In this document: positions 34,499 to 44,856 of the stretch, one piece after another
Numbering within the stretch: the first letter of the stretch is position 1
Layout: every line of letters begins with the position of its first letter
DNA from: Dehalococcoidia bacterium
GTDB lineage: Bacteria; Chloroflexota; Dehalococcoidia; Lucifugimonadales; UBA1123
Length of the DNA: 64,000 nucleotides
Assembly (NCBI GenBank): GCA_963665255.1
Contig: OY762210.1
Span: 715,760-779,759 of the forward strand
Direction of reading: 5' to 3'
Made by a program: the position numbers and the translations under genes
The notes under the pieces: generated by a model
Databases searched by the model: none
Seen by the model: only the letters and a program-made list of their open reading frames with translations
What the model was told of the DNA's origin: nothing

Positions 34499-34682
34499 TT
34501 TCCAAAAAGACCAAACGACAACACATATGGCGCGAGCCGTGCCCGCGCCGGTCCATACGACGAAGGAGGTGGGAGCGATGTGCGACTAGGCGAGAGGGGA
34601 CAGCAAGATCGATAGGAACGGACGAGATCTGAGGATCGGGCATGACACGCCCGGCAGATGAAAAAGAAAGGAGAAAGAGCCA

Positions 34683-34976
34683 ATGCAAGACCTGACGCAG
34701 ACCATATCGAACCTGGTGGGCATCCTGCTGGGCGTGGTGGGAGTAGTCGGAGTGGGCTTCTTCATATACGGGGCCTTCCTGTACCTGACGGCTTCGGGCG
34801 CGCCGCACCAGATGGAGCGAGGAAAGAGCGCCATGATGACCGCGCTCGCGGGCATCGTGCTGGCGCTTGTGGCATACGGCGTCGTCGAGCTGGTTATCAA
34901 CGCGGTCGTCGGCGCACCGGTAACCATCGGGGACATCCCCGACCCCACGCCCCCGCCCACGCCAACCGGCGGATAG
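34683..34976 (+). CDS. small two-TM protein, VirB2/TrbC pilin-like
   Basis: 97 aa, RBS AAAGGAGAAAG. Two hydrophobic helices (LVGILLGVVGVVGVGFFIYGAFLYL; MMTALAGIVLALVAYGVV). Confidence 0.5.
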   Translation: MQDLTQTISNLVGILLGVVGVVGVGFFIYGAFLYLTASGAPHQMERGKSAMMTALAGIVLALVAYGVVELVINAVVGAPVTIGDIPDPTPPPTPTGG

Positions 34977-35000
34977 ACGGACGAAAGAAAGGAGAGAGCA

Positions 35001-36734
35001 ATGAGAGAACACGAGGTACCGACCCACGTGCAGGCCGAGGACAGGGTGCTGCTGTGGTTCTCGTTCCCGCAGATCGTGGCGATGACTGCGGTGTGCGCGC
35101 TGTCCTACGGGGCGTACCGCTACGCGCCGGTCGGCCCGTCAGAGGTGAGGATTGCGATTGCGGTCCTGCTCGGGCTGGCCGGAGTCGTCGCGGTCGTCGG
35201 GAAGGTAGGCGGTCGGCGGCTGCCGCTGGTGGCCGCCGACCTGCTGAGTTACAGGCTGGGGGCGAGGCTCCACAGGGGGCAGGTGTCCCAACTGGTGAGG
35301 AGAGAGCCGCCCGCCCCGGCGCAGCCGGACAGGAGCGGTCCGGGCCCAATGCGCCTGATGGCAAGAAAGGCGCGACGCGCCCTTCGCCGCCGCAGGAACC
35401 GCGAGCGGTCAGGCGGGAGGATGCCCTTCCGACCACACCGCTGGTTCGGTAAGGGCAGAAGGGGCAAAGCCGACATGGATAGCATCAAGGGCAAAGTAAG
35501 AGAGAGACGGAAGGACCGGCGAAAGAAACATCCGAAGATGCTGGCTGTCGCGGTGGTAGCCGCCCTCTTCGCGCTGGCCGCGACGCTTCCACAGGCCGTT
35601 CTCGCCGACGACCATGAGGACTGGCGAGACGAGATCGACTTCGAGCTGACCGAGCCGGTTGACGGGCGGAGGGTATTCGTCGAGGGGCTGACCATCTCAG
35701 GCGACCGCGCCGACGTGATCCTTCGGGCAGCGACGGACATAGAGCTGCGGGCGTGGGCGTTCGGAGGTCCGGACGGCAGCTGGCTGCGCTTCTGGGGCGC
35801 CGGGAGAATGGGCGAGGGTGAGAGCGTCGAGTACTCGCTCCCCCTCCACGGCCCGGCGCCGTCGTTCACGTTCTCGTGGGAGGACTCGCTGGGACAGGCC
35901 GGGGCGGTGACCGTCCCCCACGAGCGGATACCGTACCCGCTTCCCGAGATCGAAGGTGAACTGTGCGACCTGCGCCTCGTCTCCCTGGGCTGGAGGCCCA
36001 GAGGGGTGAGAGGGGTGATCGAGTCCGAGTGCGAGACACGCGTTGAGCACCCTATCAAACTCCAGACGGTGGCCGGACACGTAGGCGTCACGGAAACGGC
36101 GCTGATGGACGCCGAGGTGACGGGGATAGTGGGGACGGTGTTCGCGGAGTCGGGCGCGTCGTACGCGAGAGTAGCGTTCGTCCCCAACGGCAGGACGAGC
36201 TTCTGGCTCAACGTTCCCGACGGCGATGCCATCCACGACGTCGCCATCGACGTCGACGTGGAGGCGTCGCTCCGCATCGCCATGCCCCCGCTGACACGGC
36301 TCATCCATCACGAGGAGCGGGTCGAGGAGCGCACGGAGACCGTGAGCCTGTACAGGCCGGGAACGAGCAGGACCGTGAGCAAGACGGTCACGGTCACCAG
36401 TCCCGACGGCACGACCACCGAGCACGTCATATCGGCAAGGCTGTCGATACCGGGCAGGACGGTCCAGAAGGACGTCACGCTCACCATCGTCCACCCCGAA
36501 CACGTGAAGGCGGAGGTGGTGAACCGCTCGCCCATATCCCGCAGCAGGAGCGAGGGTTTGTCGCTTGCGTCCGCAGTCGGCTCAGACGACCCGTACACGG
36601 CGCTCGCGCTGCCGGATCCCGAGCCTGTCGATCCGCCGGCGGAGCAGATGCCCGCCGGCGGCGACCCCGCATCCGGTTCGGAGCAAGCTCTGATCGACTG
36701 GTTCGAGCAGCTCGGATGGGATTGGCCCTGGTGA
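35001..36734 (+). CDS. PrgI-family (VirB3-analogue) N-domain fused to a ~450-aa extracytoplasmic region
   Basis: N-terminus EVPTHVQAEDRVLLWFSFPQIVAMTAVCALSYGAY matches the PrgI-family pattern. A third TM lies at ~res 180. The remainder is unrecognised. Confidence 0.55.
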   Translation: MREHEVPTHVQAEDRVLLWFSFPQIVAMTAVCALSYGAYRYAPVGPSEVRIAIAVLLGLAGVVAVVGKVGGRRLPLVAADLLSYRLGARLHRGQVSQLVRREPPAPAQPDRSGPGPMRLMARKARRALRRRRNRERSGGRMPFRPHRWFGKGRRGKADMDSIKGKVRERRKDRRKKHPKMLAVAVVAALFALAATLPQAVLADDHEDWRDEIDFELTEPVDGRRVFVEGLTISGDRADVILRAATDIELRAWAFGGPDGSWLRFWGAGRMGEGESVEYSLPLHGPAPSFTFSWEDSLGQAGAVTVPHERIPYPLPEIEGELCDLRLVSLGWRPRGVRGVIESECETRVEHPIKLQTVAGHVGVTETALMDAEVTGIVGTVFAESGASYARVAFVPNGRTSFWLNVPDGDAIHDVAIDVDVEASLRIAMPPLTRLIHHEERVEERTETVSLYRPGTSRTVSKTVTVTSPDGTTTEHVISARLSIPGRTVQKDVTLTIVHPEHVKAEVVNRSPISRSRSEGLSLASAVGSDDPYTALALPDPEPVDPPAEQMPAGGDPASGSEQALIDWFEQLGWDWPW

Positions 36735-37048
36735 GGCGGGCACTTGTTGCAACGCTTCTGTCCGGGGCTGCGCTGGCGACGACCGGCGCGGCCCCGGACG
36801 CTGAGCGGGCGATGCTTGCAGCGTTCGACGCGGTGCTCACCGCGATGGCCTACGCCGCAGCGGGCATCTGCGTCTTCGCCATCGCATGGGCAGGCTTCCT
36901 GCTGATGGCCGAGGGAGCCGACGAGCGCGGAGGCGGCAGGGCGAAGAGCGCGGTGATCCTGGCCGTCGTCGGCCTGGTGCTGGTGCTTCTCGCCAAGGGC
37001 CTCTCCACGCTGCTGCTCAGCGGCATCGTCGGCCTGCCGACCCCATAG
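36716..37048 (+). CDS. second VirB2/TrbC pilin-like small membrane protein
   Basis: 110 aa. Signal-like N-terminus plus two TM helices (AAAGICVFAIAWAGFLLM; AVILAVVGLVLVLLA). Start uncertain (ATG 36716 or GTG 36731). Confidence 0.45.
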   Translation: MGLALVRRALVATLLSGAALATTGAAPDAERAMLAAFDAVLTAMAYAAAGICVFAIAWAGFLLMAEGADERGGGRAKSAVILAVVGLVLVLLAKGLSTLLLSGIVGLPTP

Positions 37049-37068
37049 ACCGAAAGGAGGACACTCCG

Positions 37069-39315
37069 TTGAAGAGCCTTTTCAGAAAGATCACGAGACG
37101 CGGAGCGGGTACCGTCCCCGCTCCGCATGACGTTTCGGGAGATGGACAGGAGACCGTCGCCCAAGCCCAACCCCCAGGGCAAAAACCCCCGCCCGACCTT
37201 CCGTTGTTCTTCATGCTCTCGCACGTCGAGGACGACGGGCCGGTGCGATTGGACGGGGTGAAGCTGGGGGTGTGCGAGGTGATGGGGCAGGAGATAGACG
37301 AGCCGAAGCTGGGAGCGTTCGCGGGCGCACTCAACGCCTGCGACTTCCCGTTCCAGCTTCTCATCAGGCAGCACCCGCCGAGACTGGACGGGCTGAGGGA
37401 GAGCCTCAAACAGGCGCAGCCGGAGGGCCTGCCTCCGCAGACGCGGGCGGCGGCGGAGTCGCTCGGCAGGCTGCTCACCGACCTCGAAGCGCGCGACGGC
37501 ATACTTGACCGGCGCTTCTACGCCGTCTGCGAGTTCGCGCGCGTCGACGAGCTACGCGGGCTGCTGGCGAGGGCCGGGCTGTCCGTCCACCCGCTAAGCG
37601 GCAGGCAGCTTCGGATGTTCCTGGTGTCGGCTGCGCTCGGAGGCACGCCGGGGGAGTTCGACGGGGAGACGGAGATCGAGGTCGAGATCAACCGGCGCGA
37701 CGCGCGAATCGGAGACCGCCTCGTTCGCTCGCTGCACCTGGGCAAGTGGCCGCGCTCGCTTGCCCCCGGCTTTCTCCAGGGGCTGATGGCCGCGGGCGCG
37801 CCGATGGACCTGTCGATCCACCTTGGCCCGATACCGGCCGAGCAGGCGGCGAGGACGCTCGAGTGGCAGAAGGTGCGCTTCGAGTCTGCACAGAGCCTGT
37901 CGCTAAAGCGCGGGCGCTCGCTGTCGCCCGAGGCGGAGATCGCCCTGGAGGACGTGACGAGGCTCCGTGACGAGGTGCAGCGTGGCAGGGAGCGGCTGTT
38001 TCACTCGTCGCTGTCGGTGACGCTGCACGCCGGGGAAGAAGACGCACTGAAGGAGATGACCCAGCGCGCGAAGGGACACTTCGCAGCCACCCTGGGCAAG
38101 CTCGACAACCTCACGTTCCGACAGCGCGTTGGTCTGCTTTCTACTCTCCCCCTGGCCATGAACGCCGTCGCGGTGTGGCGGACGCTGGATACGTCCTCGC
38201 TTGCGAGGCTGTTCCCGTTCTCCCCACCCGATATGGACACTCGCAGCGGCACGCTGTACGGCATAGACATGCGCGCCTGCTCACCCGTCGTGTACGACCC
38301 GTGGGACGGGACGCATCTGAACGCCAACACGGCGGTGCTCGCAAGGTCGGGTTCGGGGAAGTCGTTCGCGACCAAGCTGGGAGTGCTTCGCGGACTGTGC
38401 CGGGGCGTGACCGCGTACGTGATCGACCCTGAGGGGGAGTACGCGGACATGGCCCGCGCAGCCGGGGGACGGGTGCTGTCCCCCGGAGTTCCGGGTCAGG
38501 GCATGAATCCCTTCGTCATAGACAGGGGGGACTCGGAGGAGCTACTACAGCGCATAGGCAGCCTGAGACGACTCATCGAGGTGATGATCGGCGAGCGGCT
38601 GTCAGCCGAGCGCCGCGCCTCCCTGGATCACGCGCTGGCGGGATACTACGCAGAGGCCAGGGAGCGCACCGGCTTCCGCGACTTTTACGCCTACCTCGAA
38701 GGGGAGGCGGAGGACCTCTCCCGGCTGCTCAGGCCCTTCGCCACCGGCAGCCTGCGCAACCTGCTCTCTGACGAGGGAGACGACCTGCTGGGCAACGAGG
38801 CGCTTGTGACGGTCTTCGACCTGCGGCTGCTCGAACCCGAGCTGAGGCCGGCGGCGGCGATGGTCTGCACCGAAACGGTGTGGGCTGCGGCGGCGCAGGA
38901 CCCTAAGCCCCGCCTGCTGGTTGTGGATGAGGTGTGGAGCATCATGCAGCACCCGGAGGGCGCGGCGTTCATGGTGTCCATGGCGAAGCGCGCCCGCAAG
39001 CACCGGTTGGGGTTGCAGTTCATCACACAGGACGTCCAGGACCTTCTCTCCGAGGACACGTCGAGGGCGATCACCGGCCACTCGGGAAGGGCGCTGCTAC
39101 AGAACGCCGCCTTCAAGCTGCTGCTCCAGCAGGACGCGGCTGCGATAAGCACTGTCGGAGACGCCTTCGACCTGCCTGAGGAGCTACAGCGATGGCTGCT
39201 GTCGTGCCCAAGGGGAGACGGGCTGCTGCTGTCGAAGGGACACCGCTTCCCGGTGCGCATCGAGGCTACTCCGGAGGAGACGGAGGTGATCGAGTGGAGA
39301 CCGGGCAGGCGCTGA
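37069..39315 (+). CDS. VirB4/TrbE-family conjugative ATPase
   Basis: TTG start after AAAGGAGGA. Walker A VLARSGSGKSF, Walker B RLLVVDEVWSIM. Size ~750 aa. Confidence 0.85.
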   Translation: MKSLFRKITRRGAGTVPAPHDVSGDGQETVAQAQPPGQKPPPDLPLFFMLSHVEDDGPVRLDGVKLGVCEVMGQEIDEPKLGAFAGALNACDFPFQLLIRQHPPRLDGLRESLKQAQPEGLPPQTRAAAESLGRLLTDLEARDGILDRRFYAVCEFARVDELRGLLARAGLSVHPLSGRQLRMFLVSAALGGTPGEFDGETEIEVEINRRDARIGDRLVRSLHLGKWPRSLAPGFLQGLMAAGAPMDLSIHLGPIPAEQAARTLEWQKVRFESAQSLSLKRGRSLSPEAEIALEDVTRLRDEVQRGRERLFHSSLSVTLHAGEEDALKEMTQRAKGHFAATLGKLDNLTFRQRVGLLSTLPLAMNAVAVWRTLDTSSLARLFPFSPPDMDTRSGTLYGIDMRACSPVVYDPWDGTHLNANTAVLARSGSGKSFATKLGVLRGLCRGVTAYVIDPEGEYADMARAAGGRVLSPGVPGQGMNPFVIDRGDSEELLQRIGSLRRLIEVMIGERLSAERRASLDHALAGYYAEARERTGFRDFYAYLEGEAEDLSRLLRPFATGSLRNLLSDEGDDLLGNEALVTVFDLRLLEPELRPAAAMVCTETVWAAAAQDPKPRLLVVDEVWSIMQHPEGAAFMVSMAKRARKHRLGLQFITQDVQDLLSEDTSRAITGHSGRALLQNAAFKLLLQQDAAAISTVGDAFDLPEELQRWLLSCPRGDGLLLSKGHRFPVRIEATPEETEVIEWRPGRR

Positions 39316-39370
39316 CAGAGAGATGAAACGGACAAGCACAGAGGTAGCCAGTAGAGAGAGGAGAATACGA

Positions 39371-41974
39371 ATGAAACTCAACCTGTCGAAGATACTAGGG
39401 AAGTCGAAACCCAAGCCCCCTATGCTTCTGGCGGTGACGCCGCCCAGGACGGGCGAGCGCACGATGCTGGGTGTGGAGAACATGCTCCAGTCCATCGCAG
39501 TGCCGGAACCGTTCTCGCTTGAGCTTGCCGGGGACGCGGATGGTGTGACCCTCATGGCGCGCTGCCTCGACGATCAGGTGGTGCGCGGCCAGATCTCCGC
39601 GCACTACCCCCAGGCGCGCATCCACGAGCTGTCGGAGGACGAGGACCCGCTGCGGATCAAGGAGGGCGAGGCGGCGTGGGCGATGACGCTGCGAGCCTCC
39701 GGACCAGAGTACGTGCCGCTGAGAGTATTCAGAGACGACGACCTGCTCGACCCCGGCTCAGACCCGCTGATCGCGCTGCTGGGCGCGCTGTCGAGCCTGA
39801 AAGAAGGCGAGCGCGTCGTGTCGCGGCTGATGCTGCGCTCCCTGGGCCCCGACTGGTCGCAGGCGCACATGGAGAAGGCCCACCAACCCGCCGTGGAGCA
39901 GAGACGCGACTCCTCCTACACCTACAGGACCGGGCCGCTCCAGACCGACGGCGTGACGATGGCCGTGCTGGGGGTGGCCGCGCTTGCGGCGCTGAAGGGC
40001 TACCTGTGGGTGCAGGCAGGGGAGGCGTGGAAGGCCGCGCTGCTGGGAGCCGGGATCGCGATCGCGCTGGCAGCCGGAGGCTGGGCGTGGCACCGCTTCA
40101 GGAAGGCCCGCAACCGCGTCTTCGACCCGCTGCTAATCAGGGAGAAGGTGGCGCGCGTCGCGTTCGACGCGGAGCTACAGGTGATCGCCGTCCTGCCCGC
40201 GACCGACGACCCAAAGGACGACCGCGACCGGGCGAGCGAGCTGCTGGAGCCTGTGGCCTCCGCGTACCGCCACTACGACAACCCCGCGGGGGCGCGGTTC
40301 GAGGTAAGCCACGCGCGGCCAGTCGTCCCGGAGCCGTCGATGATGCACCCGTCAGGCCCCGGACTGTTCGGGAGCCGCAGCGTGCTGGGAGTGCGCGAGG
40401 CCGCAGCGCTGTGGCACCCGCCGGGCGCGAGGGATGAGACCCCGCTGGTCGAGAGATCGGGCGCGAGGGCGCTGGTGCCATCCGCAAGGGGAGTCAGGGG
40501 AGGCGCGCTCGTGGGCGACACTACGGCTGGCAGGCCCAGGACGATCCACTTCCCCGACGACCTGCTCAGGCGTCACCACCTCTACGTCGCCCGCACCCGC
40601 ATGGGCAAGTCCACGCTCATGCACCACGTAGTCGGCCACAAGCTCAGGGAGAAGGCGGCCGGCAGGGACGGAGACGCCATCGTCGTCGTAGACCCACACG
40701 CCGACCTGGTGGACGCGCTGCTCAGGCAGGTGCCGGAGTCGCTCGCTGACGCCGTGCGGCTCATAGACCTCGCAGACCGGAGGGGAGCGCCGGGCATCAA
40801 CCTTCTCGACACCCGCGTCTTCTCGGACAGAGACCGCACCGCCGACTCGGTAGTGCGGGTGGCGAAGGGCCTGTGGGAACAGTGGGGGCCGAGGATGCAG
40901 TCCATAATCGAACAGACCGTGAAGACCCTCCACGAGGCGAACGAGCACCCGTCCACCGGCGACGACGAGCAGCTCACCATCCTCGACGGGCTGACGCTGC
41001 TCTCTGACGGGAAGTTCCGCGACGGCGTATTGGCCAGGGTGACGGACCCGTACCTGCTCCAGTGGTGGGCCAGGGACTTCGGACAGTGGCGGCGCGAGAC
41101 ACGCGCAGACGCGCTCGCCCCTGTGCAGACGCGGCTGTCCTACTATGCCTCCTCCAAGCGCGCCAGGGCAATACTCGGCCAGCCCCGCTCCACCATAGAC
41201 CTGCGGCGCACCATCCACGACGGCGGCATACTCCTCGTCTCCACCGCCCAGGGGGATGTGGGCAGGGACGTGTCCGCGCTGGTGGGAGCCTCGCTGCTCA
41301 ACCTCGTGGACGCTGTGATACGCGAGCAGGGTAGCCTGCCGCCGGACAAGAGACGCGGCGCGCTGGTCGTCGTTGACGAGATGCAGTCGATGCCCGGCGT
41401 GGACTACGAGTCGATGCTCAGCGAGCTGGGCAAGTTCGGCGCGTCGTTCGTGCTCGCCACCCAGAGCCTCGCCAAGCTCGACGACCTCTCGCGCACGATG
41501 CGCGACAGCATCCTCGCCAACGTGGGGTGCCTGGCCGTGTTCCAGGTGGCGGGCAGCGATGCCCGGCAGCTGGTGTGGGAGCTTGGCAAGGAGCGCGTGA
41601 CCGAGGACGACATAGTTTCGCTGGCAGTGCACAACTGCTACGTCCGCGCCACCGTCGGAAAGGAGCGGATGCCCGCGTTCTCGATGACAGTCAGAAAGCC
41701 GGAGGACGGAGACCCGGACGTCGCCGAGCGCATCCGCTCAGAGGCCGCCGGATACGTCACCTCCGCAGAGGAGATGGCCGCTCAGCAGGCAGAGGCCCGC
41801 AGGCGCGCTGACGAGTACCGTGACACGGTCAAGGACGTCAGGAGCGGCAAAGATCCCTCTGAGAAACCGCAGGGCGACGCTCCAAAGGAGCTTGTGCGCG
41901 GCAGGCAGCGCAGCAAGCACTTACAGCCGCCCCCCGGAAAGAGTTCGGGGAAGGACGCGGAGGCTGGGGAATGA
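39371..41974 (+). CDS. type IV coupling protein (VirD4/TraD-like)
   Basis: Start MKLNLSK after GAGAGGAG. Two N-terminal TM helices. Walker A ARTRMGKST, Walker B ALVVVDEMQSM. Confidence 0.8.
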   Translation: MKLNLSKILGKSKPKPPMLLAVTPPRTGERTMLGVENMLQSIAVPEPFSLELAGDADGVTLMARCLDDQVVRGQISAHYPQARIHELSEDEDPLRIKEGEAAWAMTLRASGPEYVPLRVFRDDDLLDPGSDPLIALLGALSSLKEGERVVSRLMLRSLGPDWSQAHMEKAHQPAVEQRRDSSYTYRTGPLQTDGVTMAVLGVAALAALKGYLWVQAGEAWKAALLGAGIAIALAAGGWAWHRFRKARNRVFDPLLIREKVARVAFDAELQVIAVLPATDDPKDDRDRASELLEPVASAYRHYDNPAGARFEVSHARPVVPEPSMMHPSGPGLFGSRSVLGVREAAALWHPPGARDETPLVERSGARALVPSARGVRGGALVGDTTAGRPRTIHFPDDLLRRHHLYVARTRMGKSTLMHHVVGHKLREKAAGRDGDAIVVVDPHADLVDALLRQVPESLADAVRLIDLADRRGAPGINLLDTRVFSDRDRTADSVVRVAKGLWEQWGPRMQSIIEQTVKTLHEANEHPSTGDDEQLTILDGLTLLSDGKFRDGVLARVTDPYLLQWWARDFGQWRRETRADALAPVQTRLSYYASSKRARAILGQPRSTIDLRRTIHDGGILLVSTAQGDVGRDVSALVGASLLNLVDAVIREQGSLPPDKRRGALVVVDEMQSMPGVDYESMLSELGKFGASFVLATQSLAKLDDLSRTMRDSILANVGCLAVFQVAGSDARQLVWELGKERVTEDDIVSLAVHNCYVRATVGKERMPAFSMTVRKPEDGDPDVAERIRSEAAGYVTSAEEMAAQQAEARRRADEYRDTVKDVRSGKDPSEKPQGDAPKELVRGRQRSKHLQPPPGKSSGKDAEAGE

Positions 41975-43608
41975 ACCCCGTCGAGGTCGATACGCTGAGA
42001 CTGCTTGCGGCCATGCCCCTCATCGACCGGCTGGAGGCGGTGGCACTCTCAGGCCGGTCGAGGGGAGCGATCTACAACGCCTTCGAGACGCTTGAGCGCG
42101 ATGGCCTGGCCTGCTCAGTTACTCACGCATCCGGGCTCGTACCTTCCACCCGCCGATACTTCCTCACCCCCAAAGGGCTGCGCAGCCTGGCCCGTGAGGA
42201 CGGCGTGAACGTGTACGATCTGCTCCGCAGCCGTCCGGTGTCTGCGCAGTGGAGGCGGGTCCTGGTGGAGCGCCTCGACGCCGTGGCCGTAATATACCGG
42301 CTGGCCTCCGCCATATCCTCCGTACAACGCCCAATACGCCTCCGGTGGTTCAGGGCCATGCCAATGGACGCCGTGATAGCGCTCCCTGACGGGCGCGTGA
42401 TCGCGGTCGTCAGGCAGGGTCTTACCACCGACAGGACCGGCTTCTCCAAGCGGATATGGCGTCTCAGAGAGCGTGAGCGGACCGCCGCCGTTCTCATGCT
42501 CATACCGGACGAGGCGCGGCTGAGGTACGCGCGCAGGCTTCTCACGGGCGCTCCGGCCATCGCCTACCTCGCGCTTGAGAGCGAGGCGGCGTCCGCAGGC
42601 GCGGGAGCGTCCATCTGGCGCACCCCGTCCGGGGCCGCCATCCTCGACCTGCGCACGACCCTGGAACACACCGGGCCGCCCGGTCCCTGGCCCCACGAGG
42701 AGCCGGCTGCAAGGGCGTCTCTGCCGGAAGACGTCGAGGAGGAGGGTGTGCAAGATTGGATGCTGCCGTCGCTGCTCAAGCCCGTGGAGAAGTGCGCCCT
42801 CGATCTGGTATCCGACTGGCCCTGGATGACTCCCGCCCACATTGGCGCGATCATGGGGCTGAAACGGTCGAGACTCTCAGAGGTCGTCGCGCGACTCCGC
42901 GAGTTGCGCCTGGTCTTCGATGCGCCGGTCGAGGGACGCCGCCGTCTCGCAGTCACCGATAGGGGCATGTCGATGCTGGCGCACAGGGACCGCGTGTCGG
43001 TCGGCGCAGCGAGGAAGCGGTGGAGCGTCGCACCTATCGACGACCGAAAGCCGCTGACGTGGCGCAACGTCTCCGGCAGGCGCAGCAGGCAACTGCTCAG
43101 GAACGTCGAGCACACCGAGGCCGTGCACAGCTTCATGGCAGGGCTCGCGAGGCAGGCGTGCTCGCGCTCGATGGAGATCGTGCAGATCGACCCGCCGCGC
43201 CGTGCATCCAGGTACTTCCGACATGCTGACCGGATGCGTTCCATACAGCCTGACGCCTTCGGAGTCCTGAGAAGGGGCAATGCCATACGGCCCTTCTTCC
43301 TGGAGTGGGAGCGCCGAGCCGTGCGTCCTGTCACCATGGCAGCCAGGCTCGCCCCCTATCTGCGCTACTACTCCTCGCACCGGCCCACCGACGATCACGG
43401 CGTTCAGCCCGACGTCCTGGTCGTATTCGACGACGACATCGCGCAGACCCACTTCCTCAGAGTGGCCCGCGAGGAGATGGCGCGCACCGGCGTGACTGTA
43501 CCCTTGCTGGTCTCCCACAGGAGACTGCTCGAACAGGAGGGACCGCTCGGACGCGCCTGGCTCACCCCCGGCGTCCTGGAACCGGCCCAAGCATTCCGCG
43601 CCCCCTGA
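41971..43608 (+). CDS. Replic_Relax (replication-relaxation) family protein, tandem double domain
   Basis: 545 aa. Both halves begin with a wHTH-like segment (…LSGRSRGAIYNAFETLERDGL… / …MGLKRSRLSEVVARLRELRLV…). The second half has HTEAVHSF...IQPDAFGVL...FFLEWERR, typical of Replic_Relax. Confidence 0.65.
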   Translation: MNPVEVDTLRLLAAMPLIDRLEAVALSGRSRGAIYNAFETLERDGLACSVTHASGLVPSTRRYFLTPKGLRSLAREDGVNVYDLLRSRPVSAQWRRVLVERLDAVAVIYRLASAISSVQRPIRLRWFRAMPMDAVIALPDGRVIAVVRQGLTTDRTGFSKRIWRLRERERTAAVLMLIPDEARLRYARRLLTGAPAIAYLALESEAASAGAGASIWRTPSGAAILDLRTTLEHTGPPGPWPHEEPAARASLPEDVEEEGVQDWMLPSLLKPVEKCALDLVSDWPWMTPAHIGAIMGLKRSRLSEVVARLRELRLVFDAPVEGRRRLAVTDRGMSMLAHRDRVSVGAARKRWSVAPIDDRKPLTWRNVSGRRSRQLLRNVEHTEAVHSFMAGLARQACSRSMEIVQIDPPRRASRYFRHADRMRSIQPDAFGVLRRGNAIRPFFLEWERRAVRPVTMAARLAPYLRYYSSHRPTDDHGVQPDVLVVFDDDIAQTHFLRVAREEMARTGVTVPLLVSHRRLLEQEGPLGRAWLTPGVLEPAQAFRAP

Positions 43609-43638
43609 ACCCAAATCTCGACCGAAAGGACATGAGCC

Positions 43639-44421
43639 ATGAAGCTGTACTACATCGACGAGTCAGAGGGTCCACATCACTACGTCCGCTCCACCCTCGG
43701 CGTGGACGCGGAACGGTGGAACGATCTGTCAAACGACATCCACGCATGGCGCGTGGAGCTGAGGGACGGGTACGGCATACCCATCGAGAGGGAGCTTCAC
43801 GCCTGCGGTCTTTTGGCCGGGCGTGGTAGGCTGGCCCGGAGCGGCAGCGCCGACCGCAGGCTCACACCGAGACAGGGAGTCGAGGTCTTCATCGCAGGAC
43901 TGCGACGCATCGAGGACGCGGCTCTGAATATCGGCGGAGTCGAGGTAATCAACGTCTGCCTGCACAAGCACGACGTGAGGGGATACGAGCGAGCCAGCCT
44001 GGACCGGCTGCTCAACCGGATCAACACCTCCGTTGCCTCAGCCGATAGACACGCCTTCCTCATCTTCGACGAGGGCCGAGAAGAGATAGTCTCACAGCTC
44101 TACCGAAGGCTCAGGGGGCGCAACCACATCCCCAGCAGGTACGACGCCTGGGAGGGTGGAGCGCGCACGAAGAACATCCCCATAGAGAGGGTCATCGGAG
44201 GCCCCGCCTTCCGCGACTCGGCCTCGGACCACCTCTTGCAGATGGCCGGCCTCATCGCACACGCCCTTCTCAAGCAGGAGGAGCAGCCGTCACCCAGAGC
44301 CGGCCCCGTACTCGATACGGGGCCGGAGCGGTTCGGCGTCGCACAGGCTTTCGGCATCCTTGACCGCGCCCTCAACCACAGGGCGTCAAGGCGAGATCCC
44401 CAGGGGGTGGTCAGGCGGTGA
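43639..44421 (+). CDS. DUF3800-family protein
   Basis: 260 aa beginning MKLYYIDESEG, the DUF3800 hallmark (from memory). Confidence 0.55.
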   Translation: MKLYYIDESEGPHHYVRSTLGVDAERWNDLSNDIHAWRVELRDGYGIPIERELHACGLLAGRGRLARSGSADRRLTPRQGVEVFIAGLRRIEDAALNIGGVEVINVCLHKHDVRGYERASLDRLLNRINTSVASADRHAFLIFDEGREEIVSQLYRRLRGRNHIPSRYDAWEGGARTKNIPIERVIGGPAFRDSASDHLLQMAGLIAHALLKQEEQPSPRAGPVLDTGPERFGVAQAFGILDRALNHRASRRDPQGVVRR

Positions 44422-44452
44422 TAGGTGCACGTTTCAACACGGACACAAGAGA

Positions 44453-44480
44453 AACGAACGAGTGACTCCGAGCGTTCGTT
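44453..44480 (+). terminator. 8-bp-stem hairpin after the DUF3800 gene
   Basis: AACGAACG-12 nt-CGTTCGTT. GC content drops from here rightwards. Confidence 0.3.
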
Positions 44481-44544
44481 AACTTAAAGTGATTCGTGGT
44501 CTCGGTCCCGCTGGGGATTGGGCAGGTTTTGCCATTGAACGACT

Positions 44545-44856
44545 TTGGAGAAGGACATCGTGGACGAGCGTACTCGGGAACAAATCGAACGCGACACACT
44601 CACCGCGACAAATGCCCAGCGTGTTTATCAACTTCTCAACAATTTCGAGTCACGGCGAGACCGTGTACAGACACGCTGGGTATGGGAACTGTTGCAAAAT
44701 GCACGTGACGCTTCTCCAAGTGGTCCGATGAGTCTCGTGTGCTCGGTACGATGTGAACAAGGAGACGTTTTGCTTGAGCACAATGGATGTCCCTTCAAGG
44801 AGCAAGAAATAGCTCGCGTCATTTACCACGGATCTACGAAAGCCGAAGATGAGTGA
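44545..44856 (+). pseudogene. GHKL (HATPase)-type ATPase, N-terminal remnant
   Basis: WVWELLQNARDA is the GHKL N-box (sacsin/MORC-like). The ORF stops after 103 aa. Confidence 0.55.
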
